This document shows, in pieces, positions 8,881 through 18,737 of a DNA stretch of 64,000 nt; position 1 is the first letter of the stretch, and the number at the start of each line of letters is the position of its first letter. Both the position numbers and the translations under genes were made by a program. Source of the stretch: an uncultured virus (IMG/VR IMGVR_UViG_3300002071_000003) (lineage: Duplodnaviria; Heunggongvirae; Uroviricota; Caudoviricetes); the IMG/VR virus record IMGVR_UViG_3300002071_000003, positions 1 through 64,000 of that record; one strand, given 5' to 3'. The notes beneath the pieces were generated by a model. The model saw only the letters and a program-made list of their open reading frames with translations. It did not search any database and had not been told where the DNA came from.

Positions 8881-9204
8881 TTACCTTTCTAACTGTGCTT
8901 CAATTGATTTGCCCGTCATTTTGCGGGACTCAAACGCTGCTACCTTTTCCAAACGTTCTATGGTTGGATCAACGATCATAGTGCGAAACCTTTTAATCTC
9001 TACAGTAGATTCACTCTTTACTTCCATTAGTGCTAGTTGATTGTGTATCTCCTGTAGGCGCATGATAATGGCTACCACGTTCTGGTAGTTAGTCCACACG
9101 TGTTCTCCATCCTCATGCACATTCACTTGCCTAAGATAAGTCTCTACCTCATCCCATAAGTCCGTGATATTCAAATGGTCCTTCCTCTTTCTCAATCTCC
9201 CCAT
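8881..9204 (-). CDS. hypothetical helical protein
   Basis: Packed ORF, alpha-helical character. Confidence 0.6.
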   Translation of the reverse strand: MGRLRKRKDHLNITDLWDEVETYLRQVNVHEDGEHVWTNYQNVVAIIMRLQEIHNQLALMEVKSESTVEIKRFRTMIVDPTIERLEKVAAFESRKMTGKSIEAQLER

Positions 9205-9357
9205 CGATCCGCTTTAGAAAGTTTACACCGTAGGGACTTGCACCCTGCTGGTGAGAGCGGATAAATTCGAATACGTCATAGACCTCTGCTTCCTTATCGA
9301 TGTAATACAGCATCTTCGCTGTAACAAGAAACTCATCCCAAAAGTCTTCGCAGATTT

Positions 9358-9678
9358 TCATACACACTCCGATGGGCTAAGAAATCTCTTTTCTGTAAGA
9401 TGTATTAGGGCTGCTAACTCTTGCTCCTTCTCCATACCATTACTAATTCTTTCCCCACAGAGCCAGATTTCTTCGCAGTTTGTAAGTTGCTTTAAATCTA
9501 ACTGCATCCCAAGGTTTCTATCCTGTATATCCGTGTCATCCAAAACGCCGTCCATAAGAATGTAGGGAGCAATAGGCATGTACCCAAGAACCGCTGCTCG
9601 TAAAGCATACTGCTTGGCTGCTAAAATACCTTCATCCCATGCTCCACTTAGGGCATGAGCAATATAAACTATCTTCAT
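9358..9678 (-). CDS. DUF4406 / nucleoside 2-deoxyribosyltransferase-like protein
   Basis: VYIAHALSG, PIAP, CEEIWLCGERISNGMEKE. Confidence 0.75.
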   Translation of the reverse strand: MKIVYIAHALSGAWDEGILAAKQYALRAAVLGYMPIAPYILMDGVLDDTDIQDRNLGMQLDLKQLTNCEEIWLCGERISNGMEKEQELAALIHLTEKRFLSPSECV

Positions 9679-10280
9679 TCATCATCCTTTCGTATCCAAT
9701 GAATAGCGCCAAAGCCCCACTTGCTTGTGATAACACCATAGAAACGGATATCCCCTTTGAAGTAGTGCAGCATTCTGCCAATATAGTCTCCGAACCTAAT
9801 GTGCTCCATTTATACCCCCCTCTTTAGTGGCTTGCTTTCCTCCACAAAAGGCATCTTCCAAAGGGCTTTGCATACACGATACCAAGATGCTACGTGCCAC
9901 CAACGTAGGGGGCGCTTACGTGCAAGAAAGTATCCATCATGAATAAGTATGTGATTTCCCTTCTTTATAAAGATCATGGGACGTTTTTCATCCGCCCAAC
10001 CAAATATATTTCCAACTTCAATATCAGCTTTGTATTTCATTTCACGTCCTTTCGTTAAGCGTAGCTAGAATATCTGCGAAAAAATTCTCCAGTGTTGAAA
10101 TTAGCCGGATCACATCGCCGCTATCGGCTGCATTGATCTGGTACCTCAGGTCGTGTAGCAAGTCATCAAGCAATACGATAACCCTGCTATCGTCTTCTTT
10201 CATTTGCTGCTCCTTTTCTTCTTTGCCCTTTCTGGCTCCCCCTATTCTAGCAGAACAGGGCGTACAATGCAACTCCCGAT

Positions 10281-10922
10281 TTATTTCTTTAGATGGTCGC
10301 TAGTTAATAGGTAGCCGGTGATCCTAGAGAACTTGTCGTTAAGTGAAGATGTTTCTTCCTGTAAAATCCCTATCACTGCTGCTAGTGCCTGTTCATGGTG
10401 TATTAATTCTTCATGATGCTCCTGAGTTATGATAGCCATATTTCCCATCTTTAGCTGCTGCCCATTAATGGGAACAGTTTTTGGAAGGTTAGGTGGCTCT
10501 ATATGTAGCAGAGCGTTCTTATTAAAATCGTGTGCCCGTTGTTGGATCAGTATCCATGCTTTAATTAGCCAGACAGGTAACTTCCTATTCTTATTCTCTG
10601 TTGCGTATGTCCTAGAAACAGTATCAAATCTAAGGCTTGTAATGTGCCCTACCCTTCCTGTAGAAGAGGCAATCTTAGAGAACATAGGATCAGGCCCATC
10701 GGCATCCAGCATTCTCTTACCAATATCACGCTCCGACTGCTTTGATCTTCGTATCAATGATCTTTGTGATGGAGATGCTTTAACTTTAGGAACAATCTGA
10801 TTATCAACTTCTAATGTTCCTGCCTTCTTACAAGCAGAACACATTGCTTGCCATCGGTAATATACCTTACTACATATACTGCACTTATACTGCTTCCTTA
10901 CCCTTTGATTTTTATTATACAT
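10281..10922 (-). CDS. zinc ribbon plus putative PD-(D/E)xK Holliday-junction-resolvase-like domain
   Basis: N-terminal YKCSICSKVYYRWQAMCSAC (RadA-like ribbon), then SERDIGK...FDTVS..ATENK. Confidence 0.55.
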   Translation of the reverse strand: MYNKNQRVRKQYKCSICSKVYYRWQAMCSACKKAGTLEVDNQIVPKVKASPSQRSLIRRSKQSERDIGKRMLDADGPDPMFSKIASSTGRVGHITSLRFDTVSRTYATENKNRKLPVWLIKAWILIQQRAHDFNKNALLHIEPPNLPKTVPINGQQLKMGNMAIITQEHHEELIHHEQALAAVIGILQEETSSLNDKFSRITGYLLTSDHLKK

Positions 10923-10933
10923 AATCTACCTCG

Positions 10934-12235
10934 TTAAAAGTCTTTAAACAAGACAAAGCGAGGAAGCCATCTAATTGTTGCTATACCTGTGCGTCCATTC
11001 CTATGCTTCTGCACGATGACTTCCATTGAGTCATCTTCTGGACCCATCCCTGCTAGATCATAGTAACTATCTCGATAGAGAAACATTACAATGTCTGCTG
11101 TCTGTTCGATTTCACCCGAAGCACGTAAGTCTGACAGTTGTGGCCGCTTATTAGGTTTCTTATTAACTTCCCGGTTCTCATTCTGACGTGATAACTGTGC
11201 AAGTAGCAAGACCGGACAACCTAGTTCCTTACCTAGATTGCGAAGGTCTTTAGTAGCCTCTCCAAGAGCCTCTACCGTGTTTAACTTATCGCTCATGCGC
11301 ATGATATGGAGATAGTCAACAATGATTAATCCTATCTCTCCCCACTCATACTTCTTTTGTCTAGCAACTGAGGCAATATACGCGGCGTTAACGCCGGGCT
11401 TATCGTCTACATGTATTCTTTCGAATACCTTTAGGAGCGCTTCCTGCGCCTTCTCTACCTTCTCTTTATCCTTCGGTTCAGCAATAAATGCACCAGTTCT
11501 AATGTCCTCATGATTTACTTCTGATTCCGCTGCCAGAATTCTTTCAAATATCTGGTCCCTAGACTGCTCTAATGAAAAGAACAGAACAGATTTACTTACT
11601 GCTACATTTCTAGCGATGTTGATTGCTAGTGCTGTTTTTCCCATTCCGGGCCGGGCTGCTAGGATTACTAAATCTTCTAGTCTGTTGATTAACAGGTCAA
11701 TCTGATTAAACCCTGTCTCAATACCCGTAGCCTTCTTCTTAATTCTTTCGTGAATCTCTTTTGTAAACTCGACAAACGCTTCCTTAGTAGACACTAAGTA
11801 GTCGCTAACTACCTGACGTGACAAGAATGATGAGAACATTTCCTCTAACTTGTGCATCGCCTCTTCGGATGATGCTTCCTCATAGCACAAGGTTGCTATC
11901 TGCCTACCCAATTCGATACCAGATCGTAACCTTGACTTGCCCCGGATTTCTTCTGCGTAATAGAAGATATTAGAAATATTGGGAAGCAACCTATCTGCAT
12001 TGTCTACTAACTTCTGAAAGTATTCTTTTGTCTCTGGCTTCAATGCGTTCTTTATGGTAAGAGAATCTATTGTTTCGCTATTTTCTATAGCCCGAAATAT
12101 TTCTCTGTGGACTTCTTTAAAGAAATCATCCGATGATACTACTGTTATAATCTTCGGGAGGATCAAAGGGTCTTGTAACACGCCTACAACTAATGCCCGC
12201 TCCATCTCTTCGTTAAATGGTATCTCGTTTATCAA
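10934..12235 (-). CDS. dnaB: replicative DNA helicase DnaB
   Basis: AARPGMGKT, FFSLE, IIVDYLH, AQLSR, RPQLSDLRASGEIEQTAD, KHRNG. Confidence 0.97.
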   Translation of the reverse strand: MINEIPFNEEMERALVVGVLQDPLILPKIITVVSSDDFFKEVHREIFRAIENSETIDSLTIKNALKPETKEYFQKLVDNADRLLPNISNIFYYAEEIRGKSRLRSGIELGRQIATLCYEEASSEEAMHKLEEMFSSFLSRQVVSDYLVSTKEAFVEFTKEIHERIKKKATGIETGFNQIDLLINRLEDLVILAARPGMGKTALAINIARNVAVSKSVLFFSLEQSRDQIFERILAAESEVNHEDIRTGAFIAEPKDKEKVEKAQEALLKVFERIHVDDKPGVNAAYIASVARQKKYEWGEIGLIIVDYLHIMRMSDKLNTVEALGEATKDLRNLGKELGCPVLLLAQLSRQNENREVNKKPNKRPQLSDLRASGEIEQTADIVMFLYRDSYYDLAGMGPEDDSMEVIVQKHRNGRTGIATIRWLPRFVLFKDF

Positions 12236-12443
12236 TTTTTACCCTCCACGGACCAACAAGCCCAAAGCCTGAACGCCAAATTACTACTCCACAATCAATA
12301 CACTTTGCGTCCATTGCTCCACCACGATCATCCTCTTCGGAAGCACGGTGCCCATGATAACCGCAATTAGCACAATCAGATTGTGGACCGTCACGCCAAT
12401 CACCACATTTGGGGCAATCCGATGGGTCATACTTATTTATCAC
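12213..12443 (-). CDS. Cys-rich zinc-finger protein
   Basis: Three CxxC pairs. Confidence 0.55.
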   Translation of the reverse strand: MINKYDPSDCPKCGDWRDGPQSDCANCGYHGHRASEEDDRGGAMDAKCIDCGVVIWRSGFGLVGPWRVKIDKRDTI

Positions 12444-12816
12444 TCTTCACTCTCCGCGCCTTCTCTAATCTCTTCTGTAATGCGTCACTTTGGCGACGGC
12501 TCTCTTTCTTTGCCTTGGTTATTTCCTCTTCGTATTCCTCACTAGCATCCGCCTCATCCTCTGCCTCTTTCCACTTATTAAACGCTACCTTTAGCACGTA
12601 GGCTAAAGGATCATTATCAAAGGTACGATCAGATGAAGATAGGATTGCCTCAAAGAGAATAGATTCCCCATAACGATTAAGAGCCTGATAGAATCTAGGA
12701 TAATTAGATACTGGAAAGCCTACTTGGGAAGTATAGAACTTACTCCAAATAGGCTTTCCAAATCTTTTTATCTCAAAGCGCCATTGTGACAGAGATTTTT
12801 TTGTATCCTCTGTCAT
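12433..12816 (-). CDS. putative replication initiator / helicase-loader-like protein
   Basis: DnaD-like PLAYVLKVAFNKW segment; lies between SSB and DnaB. Confidence 0.45.
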   Translation of the reverse strand: MTEDTKKSLSQWRFEIKRFGKPIWSKFYTSQVGFPVSNYPRFYQALNRYGESILFEAILSSSDRTFDNDPLAYVLKVAFNKWKEAEDEADASEEYEEEITKAKKESRRQSDALQKRLEKARRVKSDK

Positions 12817-12829
12817 GGCTAGCCTCTAA

Positions 12830-13582
12830 TTAGAAAGGAGTCGGTACCACTCCACGGAGAGCGTTTAGTTCGTCCATTGTTGCACCACGCAACATGGCTT
12901 CAATCTCTTCCACAGGAGTAGGCTCTGAAAGTAAATCAAGATCATAAATCTTCTGCGGCTCATCTGTCTCGGGATCATTTAATGCATCCTCTGACAATTC
13001 AGACGGACTTTGTGGCAGCGCGGCAATCTTTCGATCACGCAACTTACCAGTAGATGTGAAATTAATATCATAGCCGGTGATATCAACCTCAAAATCCTCA
13101 GCCTGAATCTTTTCAACAGCATTAAGTGTCTGGTTAAATAGGTTCGGTCCACCTTCAAGAATCTTGATCTTGTTCAGCGGAACAAAATCGTTCTTCTTAA
13201 GATTGGCTTGGCAGTTAGAGCAAACCTTTCCAGATACAACTGTATTACAGGAGGTACATACTGTGGTTGGAGTTCTGTCTAATGCGTTAACAATAAATCG
13301 ACGCTTTGCCTTACGCTCCATCTTGGTAGGATCATCATTTGATAGCCCATCAATCTGCTTACATACCGGACAGATACGGTTACTCGGAGTATTTGGGCAG
13401 TTTGCCATCATGCCCCTGCCACCATTGGCTTCTCCAATCCAATGCTTCCATACGGTTCTTGCATGTGTATCAAGAATACGTAGGACAGTACGGTGGTCTT
13501 CGGTAAACTTTACATACTGAGCGCCTGTGCGCTTTCTAGTTTCATCGAAAGATTTTGTTTGTAGTTCGTCTGAGAATGACAT
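12830..13582 (-). CDS. single-stranded DNA-binding protein (gp32-like)
   Basis: KHW...CP...CPVC, RFIVNALDR, GYDINF and an acidic C-terminal region; first gene of the replication module. Confidence 0.7.
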   Translation of the reverse strand: MSFSDELQTKSFDETRKRTGAQYVKFTEDHRTVLRILDTHARTVWKHWIGEANGGRGMMANCPNTPSNRICPVCKQIDGLSNDDPTKMERKAKRRFIVNALDRTPTTVCTSCNTVVSGKVCSNCQANLKKNDFVPLNKIKILEGGPNLFNQTLNAVEKIQAEDFEVDITGYDINFTSTGKLRDRKIAALPQSPSELSEDALNDPETDEPQKIYDLDLLSEPTPVEEIEAMLRGATMDELNALRGVVPTPF

Positions 13583-13645
13583 TACGCTGTCTCCTTTAGC
13601 TGATCATTTGGCCCACTAGCCGGGGCTTCCTTTGGATAGTACACT

Positions 13646-13675
13646 TTGCGCGGGGCGAGGTTCAAGTCAATCGCA
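13646..13675 (-). promoter_or_regulatory. possible second sigma70-type promoter upstream of SSB
   Basis: Minus strand TTGAAC-18 nt-TACTAT. Confidence 0.4.
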
Positions 13676-13786
13676 TCACCTTCTTTCACGGTCAGATTTG
13701 GAAAAAAGGAGGCCCCTATATATATTTATATATAAGAACCTCTCTTTATCCTGTACAGAGTAGTGTTACTCTGCTCTATATTGCAC

Positions 13787-13815
13787 AGTATAGCAATCTG
13801 TAGGGATTAGTTCAA
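13787..13815 (-). promoter_or_regulatory. sigma70-type promoter for the replication module
   Basis: Minus strand TTGAAC-17 nt-TATACT with an extended -10 TG. Confidence 0.8.
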
Positions 13816-13831
13816 CAATAATTAATTCCCC

Positions 13832-14164
13832 TTAGACTTTTGGTGTAACCACAGTAGCATCCGTGTTAACCACAGTATTCTCCCCCACTACGGGTCCCAA
13901 AGTCGAATCTGTTGCCTTAACCTCATTTACAACCTGTGTCTCTCGTAAGAATTTATCAATAGATTGTAGAACCATTGTAACAACTAAAACTATTAAAGGA
14001 CTATATGTTACAGGAAATAGTACTCCACCCGTTGCTGCTGCTAAAAGAATTCCTACAATTACTGATAGACCTGATTTTAGTGCCCTTAGTAGCGCACCCT
14101 TGACAGGATAAGATAAATCTCTCCACCACGGAATTGAATCTAACCAGCCAAATAAACTTGGCAT
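13832..14164 (-). CDS. putative holin
   Basis: Two hydrophobic segments; directly downstream of the C39 peptidase. Confidence 0.65.
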   Translation of the reverse strand: MPSLFGWLDSIPWWRDLSYPVKGALLRALKSGLSVIVGILLAAATGGVLFPVTYSPLIVLVVTMVLQSIDKFLRETQVVNEVKATDSTLGPVVGENTVVNTDATVVTPKV

Positions 14165-14178
14165 AATATATCACCACC

Positions 14179-14985
14179 TTATATTTTTACTATATTAGTT
14201 CCATTACCAATTCTTACATGCTTTCCTGCGAATACTCCCGCTGTTACGTAAGCTGTAGTGGCGCTACCAGATGAGCATCCTTTTCTAACTATAGGTGCTT
14301 GTGCTGGTGCAGCACTTGCAGTTGGTCCCCATTTATAATAAGACCACCCTGATATGCATCCTCCTGTACCTAAACTTGCAAACATTACATTTGTATTAGC
14401 AGCTATAGTTAACTTATAATTTGCTGCTGTAGCTACTGTAATTACCTTAGTATTATTAGGCCACACTGCTACATAATTAGAACCAGCAAATGCTGGTATC
14501 CAGATACTATCTGGCCAAAATACGTGGTCTACCTGTCCCGTACCCCATCTATCAGGATCACGAACAAACAACCCATATGTTGTTCCTGAGAGTGCCCTTT
14601 TACACGCGACTACTGAATGTAGTCCATAGAAACCTGTATCCTGTACATAGCTTCTTGGAATCTTGCTATACAGTACCGCTAAATCTACAGGAATATTTTG
14701 ATTAACCTTGGATATAACTTGTGCAGATGTTAATTGCCCCCATGAAGCAGTAACACCAAAATGCTGCAATCCTGCTACTCCGTGGACCGTATCTGTTCCG
14801 CCACAGCTAGAATAGCCCATAGCTTGTCGCATACTGTTAGGAGAAATATGTGTATCTTTATAGTACCCTGCTATCATAGCTTCTGAAGTAGGGCGACAAT
14901 TAGTGCTTTTACAATTAGAATCACTATCCCATTGAAACTGCGCCGATCTGTCTAAAATATTTTTTGCTTGAACCATACTTTTCAC
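14179..14985 (-). CDS. C39-like cysteine peptidase, probable endolysin
   Basis: Q...NCRPTSEAM (Cys), HSVV (His), RDPD (Asp); adjacent to the holin. Confidence 0.75.
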   Translation of the reverse strand: MKSMVQAKNILDRSAQFQWDSDSNCKSTNCRPTSEAMIAGYYKDTHISPNSMRQAMGYSSCGGTDTVHGVAGLQHFGVTASWGQLTSAQVISKVNQNIPVDLAVLYSKIPRSYVQDTGFYGLHSVVACKRALSGTTYGLFVRDPDRWGTGQVDHVFWPDSIWIPAFAGSNYVAVWPNNTKVITVATAANYKLTIAANTNVMFASLGTGGCISGWSYYKWGPTASAAPAQAPIVRKGCSSGSATTAYVTAGVFAGKHVRIGNGTNIVKI

Positions 14986-14988
14986 CCC

Positions 14989-16191
14989 CTAATTTATAAT
15001 GTGGAATAGATTCTTGATTATAGAATCGAATTTATCCCCTATTTCGTTCCAATTAAATTGATCTTTCATAATAAATTTGTACCCCTCTTCTCCGTACTTT
15101 CTCATAATATCTCTATGGCTATAAGCCCACTCTAACTTAGCCACAAGATCATCTTCATCTGTTACCCCACCCCAAGTATTTATTCCGGCAGTGTGGAGTA
15201 ACCAAGCAGCGTTCTTAACGGTAATTCCGCCATGACCCTCTACTAACTCTTTCAAACATGAATGGTCACTTACGATTTGTGGGCATCCAACGGCCATACT
15301 CTCGGCTACTGGAAGTCCAAAACCGTCTCCAAGACTGATCAGTGCGTTAGCATCGAAGGAATTATAGATAAGATTCAACTCGGTATCTGACACACCCTTA
15401 GCAGGAGAGTTCATACCTTGTGTAAGTATGACTTTACCCCCTATCTTAAACTGATTTATTAAGTCGTTGATATCATAACCTACATCTGATAGCACCGTAT
15501 GTAAGTATAGTCTAGCATCATCCTTGTCCTTGGCAAACTTTGCGAAGGCACTTATAAGGATATCAAACCTCTTGCGATACTGATTCCTTGCTACCATTCC
15601 AACAACCCACGAATCGAGGGGAATTCCTAACTCTTCTCTAACAGCTTGTTGATTAAGGGGGCGATAAACTTTGGTATCTACCCCATGATATACTTGATGA
15701 AGATTATCTGGACGCTTCCCATCATTTGCCTCTATGATAATTCTTTCGGCATAGTGGGAGTAACAGACCTGAGCATCTAATTCTTCGCTTAGTAAACGGG
15801 CTGTGTCAGGCTTTATTGGGCCAGCATCTACGGGATAGTAGCCCACGGTCTTCAAGTAGGGGGCAGAGATATTGTCAGGACGATGCTCTAAGTAACTACG
15901 AATAATCCAAGGGTCATTGAATAGGAATAGTAAATCTGGCTGAACTTGGGGCAGTATATGCCACAACCTGTTCATACCATATATCCCTTCTGGTCCCCCG
16001 CCACTCTCACATGGGTGAATATCATAAGGGAATTCTTCCCTATTGTATGGTTCTCCGTGGTGATTCACCGCGAGGCAGGTAATTTTGTATCCCCTATTAT
16101 GTAATTGTTTTAGTATATTTTTACTAACAACCCCAAAGCCTGTGTTGACTGTAGGCGAATCACCCACCCACAGAATTTTTAAACCACTCAT
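14989..16191 (-). CDS. GT4 (GT-B) glycosyltransferase
   Basis: GDSPTVNTGFG, HGVD, RNQYRK and DGFGLPVAESMAVGCP. Confidence 0.9.
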   Translation of the reverse strand: MSGLKILWVGDSPTVNTGFGVVSKNILKQLHNRGYKITCLAVNHHGEPYNREEFPYDIHPCESGGGPEGIYGMNRLWHILPQVQPDLLFLFNDPWIIRSYLEHRPDNISAPYLKTVGYYPVDAGPIKPDTARLLSEELDAQVCYSHYAERIIIEANDGKRPDNLHQVYHGVDTKVYRPLNQQAVREELGIPLDSWVVGMVARNQYRKRFDILISAFAKFAKDKDDARLYLHTVLSDVGYDINDLINQFKIGGKVILTQGMNSPAKGVSDTELNLIYNSFDANALISLGDGFGLPVAESMAVGCPQIVSDHSCLKELVEGHGGITVKNAAWLLHTAGINTWGGVTDEDDLVAKLEWAYSHRDIMRKYGEEGYKFIMKDQFNWNEIGDKFDSIIKNLFHIIN

Positions 16192-16382
16192 GCATAACTC
16201 CCCGGATAAACAAGATCAGGGCAGTTGCAGTCATCTTCATAAGGCTCTATTACCCACCATACTTCATCCATCCGTATCCTCTTTACCTGTACCCTAGGAG
16301 GCTGTTCAAGCCACCCCTTGGACTTTGCCAGTTCAAGTATATAGTCTCGGTCCATTGATGACGCTATTTGCCACTTAATCAT
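16188..16382 (-). CDS. hypothetical protein
   Basis: Coupled ORF. Confidence 0.55.
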   Translation of the reverse strand: MIKWQIASSMDRDYILELAKSKGWLEQPPRVQVKRIRMDEVWWVIEPYEDDCNCPDLVYPGSYA

Positions 16383-16395
16383 TGTATCACATTAC

Positions 16396-16671
16396 CTACC
16401 TAACTTCAACACGACATTCCACGCGGCCGTTTCCATCCTCAGCAGTAATCTCGATTGTGTGTACAGAGGAATTTCCAGCGTCCCCTTTATAATTACGATC
16501 CTTTATCTTCATAGGAGAAGTAGCCTTTCGTAAGAACGCGGTTATGTTTATATCACGAAGAATGTTTCTCTCTGATGTAGGATTAAACGTATTAGAATTA
16601 AAAAGGAAATAAGTTGCATCTTGACCATCAATGTATATTTTCAAGCCACTCGGATAGGCCAAATTAACCAC
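16396..16671 (-). CDS. small beta-rich tail-associated protein
   Basis: End of the tail-tip cluster; IYIDGQD...HTIEIT pattern. Confidence 0.5.
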   Translation of the reverse strand: MVNLAYPSGLKIYIDGQDATYFLFNSNTFNPTSERNILRDINITAFLRKATSPMKIKDRNYKGDAGNSSVHTIEITAEDGNGRVECRVEVR

Positions 16672-17764
16672 CCCCTGTAAGGTTATAATCTAACTCTGTT
16701 ATATTATTAAAACTAACTGTTGCTGACTGTGTTTGGGTTATGTAGCCATCATAAGTTGCTGTAACAGAGTACGTTCCGGGGGCTAGGCTATAAAAACCAT
16801 AACCTCCAAACTCATCTGTTGTAGCGTGACCACCAAACAGATTACTAAATGACATAGCTACCCCCGTTAATGGGGTACCACTAGCTATATCGTAAACATG
16901 CCCTATTAAATAACCATAACCTACTCCTAGCAAATTAATATGGGTATTATTTTGCTCGTCCCCCCAGCCGGAGCCAACAGAAAATCCAGCAATATCATTA
17001 ATTTCTACCCAGCCCGCTACTGTATCGCCTTGATAGAGATTAACGCACGTAGCGTATAGAATAGAGTTAGTAGGAAAAGAAAGCTTATTATTGGCTACCG
17101 AGTAAATCTTTTTTGATAAGGTTTCTATAAGGGGATAAGCATCTGAGCGATCTACCCTAATTGACTGAGTAAAGAAGGCTGCGTCACTCATAGCTGTTCC
17201 CCCTATGGTACACTGGAACAAAACTGAGTAGACACCATCAGTTGGTATTTTTATCCTTCCATTAGGGGCAATAGAGTAGCCTGCAATATCATCAAAAGGC
17301 TGATATATAGGAACAACAAAGGGACTTTGATACCCGTAGTTAAAATTAGCTCCTGTTTGAATTAGCCCCATATGAGTTCTAGTTGTTGTAGGCTCCCATA
17401 CGTTATATTCCCAAGCAGGAGTAGCATCCCCTTCGTATATAGCTGGATAGGGCTTATTAAACTCGTAATCCAGTGCATCAGGGGGTCCAAATGATTCCGC
17501 CTTAAAGTAACCTTCGCAATCTCTGCCCGTTGTTGCGGCTCCCGGCTCACACTCACAGCAATTATCTGGTTTTATATTTATGGTAAGAAGTGCGGAATGG
17601 TTGGTTTTGGTCAGAGGAAATTCTAAAGTATAGCTATTATTATTTGATAGTATGTCAAGTTTTCTTTCTACAAGTGGAAAATTAGTCTGATACTGCCTTG
17701 TATTTAAAGCTGCTTCTTTTCGTGTGTTAGAAATTCCTTTGGCTAATTGATCTAATCTTTTCAT
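16664..17764 (-). CDS. tail-tip protein: shared N-terminal module, C1q/TNF-like domain and carboxypeptidase-regulatory-like Ig domain
   Basis: IKIPTDGVYSV...LYQGDTV; GHVYD...TTDEFGGY.F..LAPGTYSVTATYDGY. Confidence 0.7.
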   Translation of the reverse strand: MKRLDQLAKGISNTRKEAALNTRQYQTNFPLVERKLDILSNNNSYTLEFPLTKTNHSALLTINIKPDNCCECEPGAATTGRDCEGYFKAESFGPPDALDYEFNKPYPAIYEGDATPAWEYNVWEPTTTRTHMGLIQTGANFNYGYQSPFVVPIYQPFDDIAGYSIAPNGRIKIPTDGVYSVLFQCTIGGTAMSDAAFFTQSIRVDRSDAYPLIETLSKKIYSVANNKLSFPTNSILYATCVNLYQGDTVAGWVEINDIAGFSVGSGWGDEQNNTHINLLGVGYGYLIGHVYDIASGTPLTGVAMSFSNLFGGHATTDEFGGYGFYSLAPGTYSVTATYDGYITQTQSATVSFNNITELDYNLTGGG

Positions 17765-18486
17765 TACGTTTCAAACTCCGCTATTAGAGTAATTAACATG
17801 TTACTATCGCCTAAACCGGCGCTGAAGAATCCCCCGAGTCCACCACCAATCCAAGGATACGTTTGGCCTATATCATTTTCTGTCAAGGCAGCAGAAATAA
17901 TATCCCCCGCCATGCACTCTACAACCGCCCATACTGGTGAGGCAGGGGCATAACAATAAATCCCCGGACCGAATAGAATAAGGACACCAGTAGGAGTTTG
18001 TCCTACTGTTCTAATGCCATATACGGAACCCCCACGTATTCTTGTTATTGTTACATTAACAACCTTATCATCAAAATATCCCATCCCCCACGCATTAGAA
18101 GTCCAAAACACACTATAACAACCATCTACAGGTACTTGTACCCCACCCCCTGCTAGTACAAAATCGTTATTAGGGGGGTCTATTAGGTTGCTACTAGCGA
18201 GACTTGTTACACTACCCGGATTAGAGTAGCTAAAGGCTGCGTCTGTAGAAATATGAAGAAGTGGAGGATTAACTGTGCAGAGTATAGGAAACTCTGTTAC
18301 TTTAAGGTTTAATATTGCAGATGAACCGGGGGTTGCAGTAAACGTAGTTAGATGAGGGGTAATTTTATTAAAGTTCTCTACTGTTCTGTGGGGCTGTAGA
18401 AAATTTTCAGATATACGCTTAGCATTAAGTCCCGATTCTTTACGTATCTTATCTATTTTCTGGCCTGTATCTTTTACTTTGTCCAT
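17764..18486 (-). CDS. tail-tip protein: shared N-terminal module and C1q/TNF-like domain
   Basis: VQVPVDGCYSV...CMAGDII; N-terminus paralogous to its neighbours. Confidence 0.65.
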   Translation of the reverse strand: MDKVKDTGQKIDKIRKESGLNAKRISENFLQPHRTVENFNKITPHLTTFTATPGSSAILNLKVTEFPILCTVNPPLLHISTDAAFSYSNPGSVTSLASSNLIDPPNNDFVLAGGGVQVPVDGCYSVFWTSNAWGMGYFDDKVVNVTITRIRGGSVYGIRTVGQTPTGVLILFGPGIYCYAPASPVWAVVECMAGDIISAALTENDIGQTYPWIGGGLGGFFSAGLGDSNMLITLIAEFET

Positions 18487-18737
18487 AGTACACCCGCAGG
18501 GTGAATTGCTCTAAGCGACCTAAATTTTTCGTAAAAGGTTAAAGTTAGATAGGCACTACCGCCCCCATATATTTTAAATTCCAGGGTATAAGGGTATAGA
18601 ACACCAAGTAAGTCGTTTGATTTTTCTATCAGGTTAAGATTTTCAGCAATGTAATTAGTGGTATCCCTTGTCTCATCCTGAAAGCGCCTTATCTTATTCC
18701 CAACTCTTATTATATGATCTGCGGCCATGTTATACAC
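18474..18737 (-). CDS. small tail-tip protein (shared N-terminal module only)
   Basis: ENL..IE...YTLEF...SAYLTL resembles the N-termini of 16664 and 17764. Confidence 0.6.
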   Translation of the reverse strand: MYNMAADHIIRVGNKIRRFQDETRDTTNYIAENLNLIEKSNDLLGVLYPYTLEFKIYGGGSAYLTLTFYEKFRSLRAIHPAGVLWTK

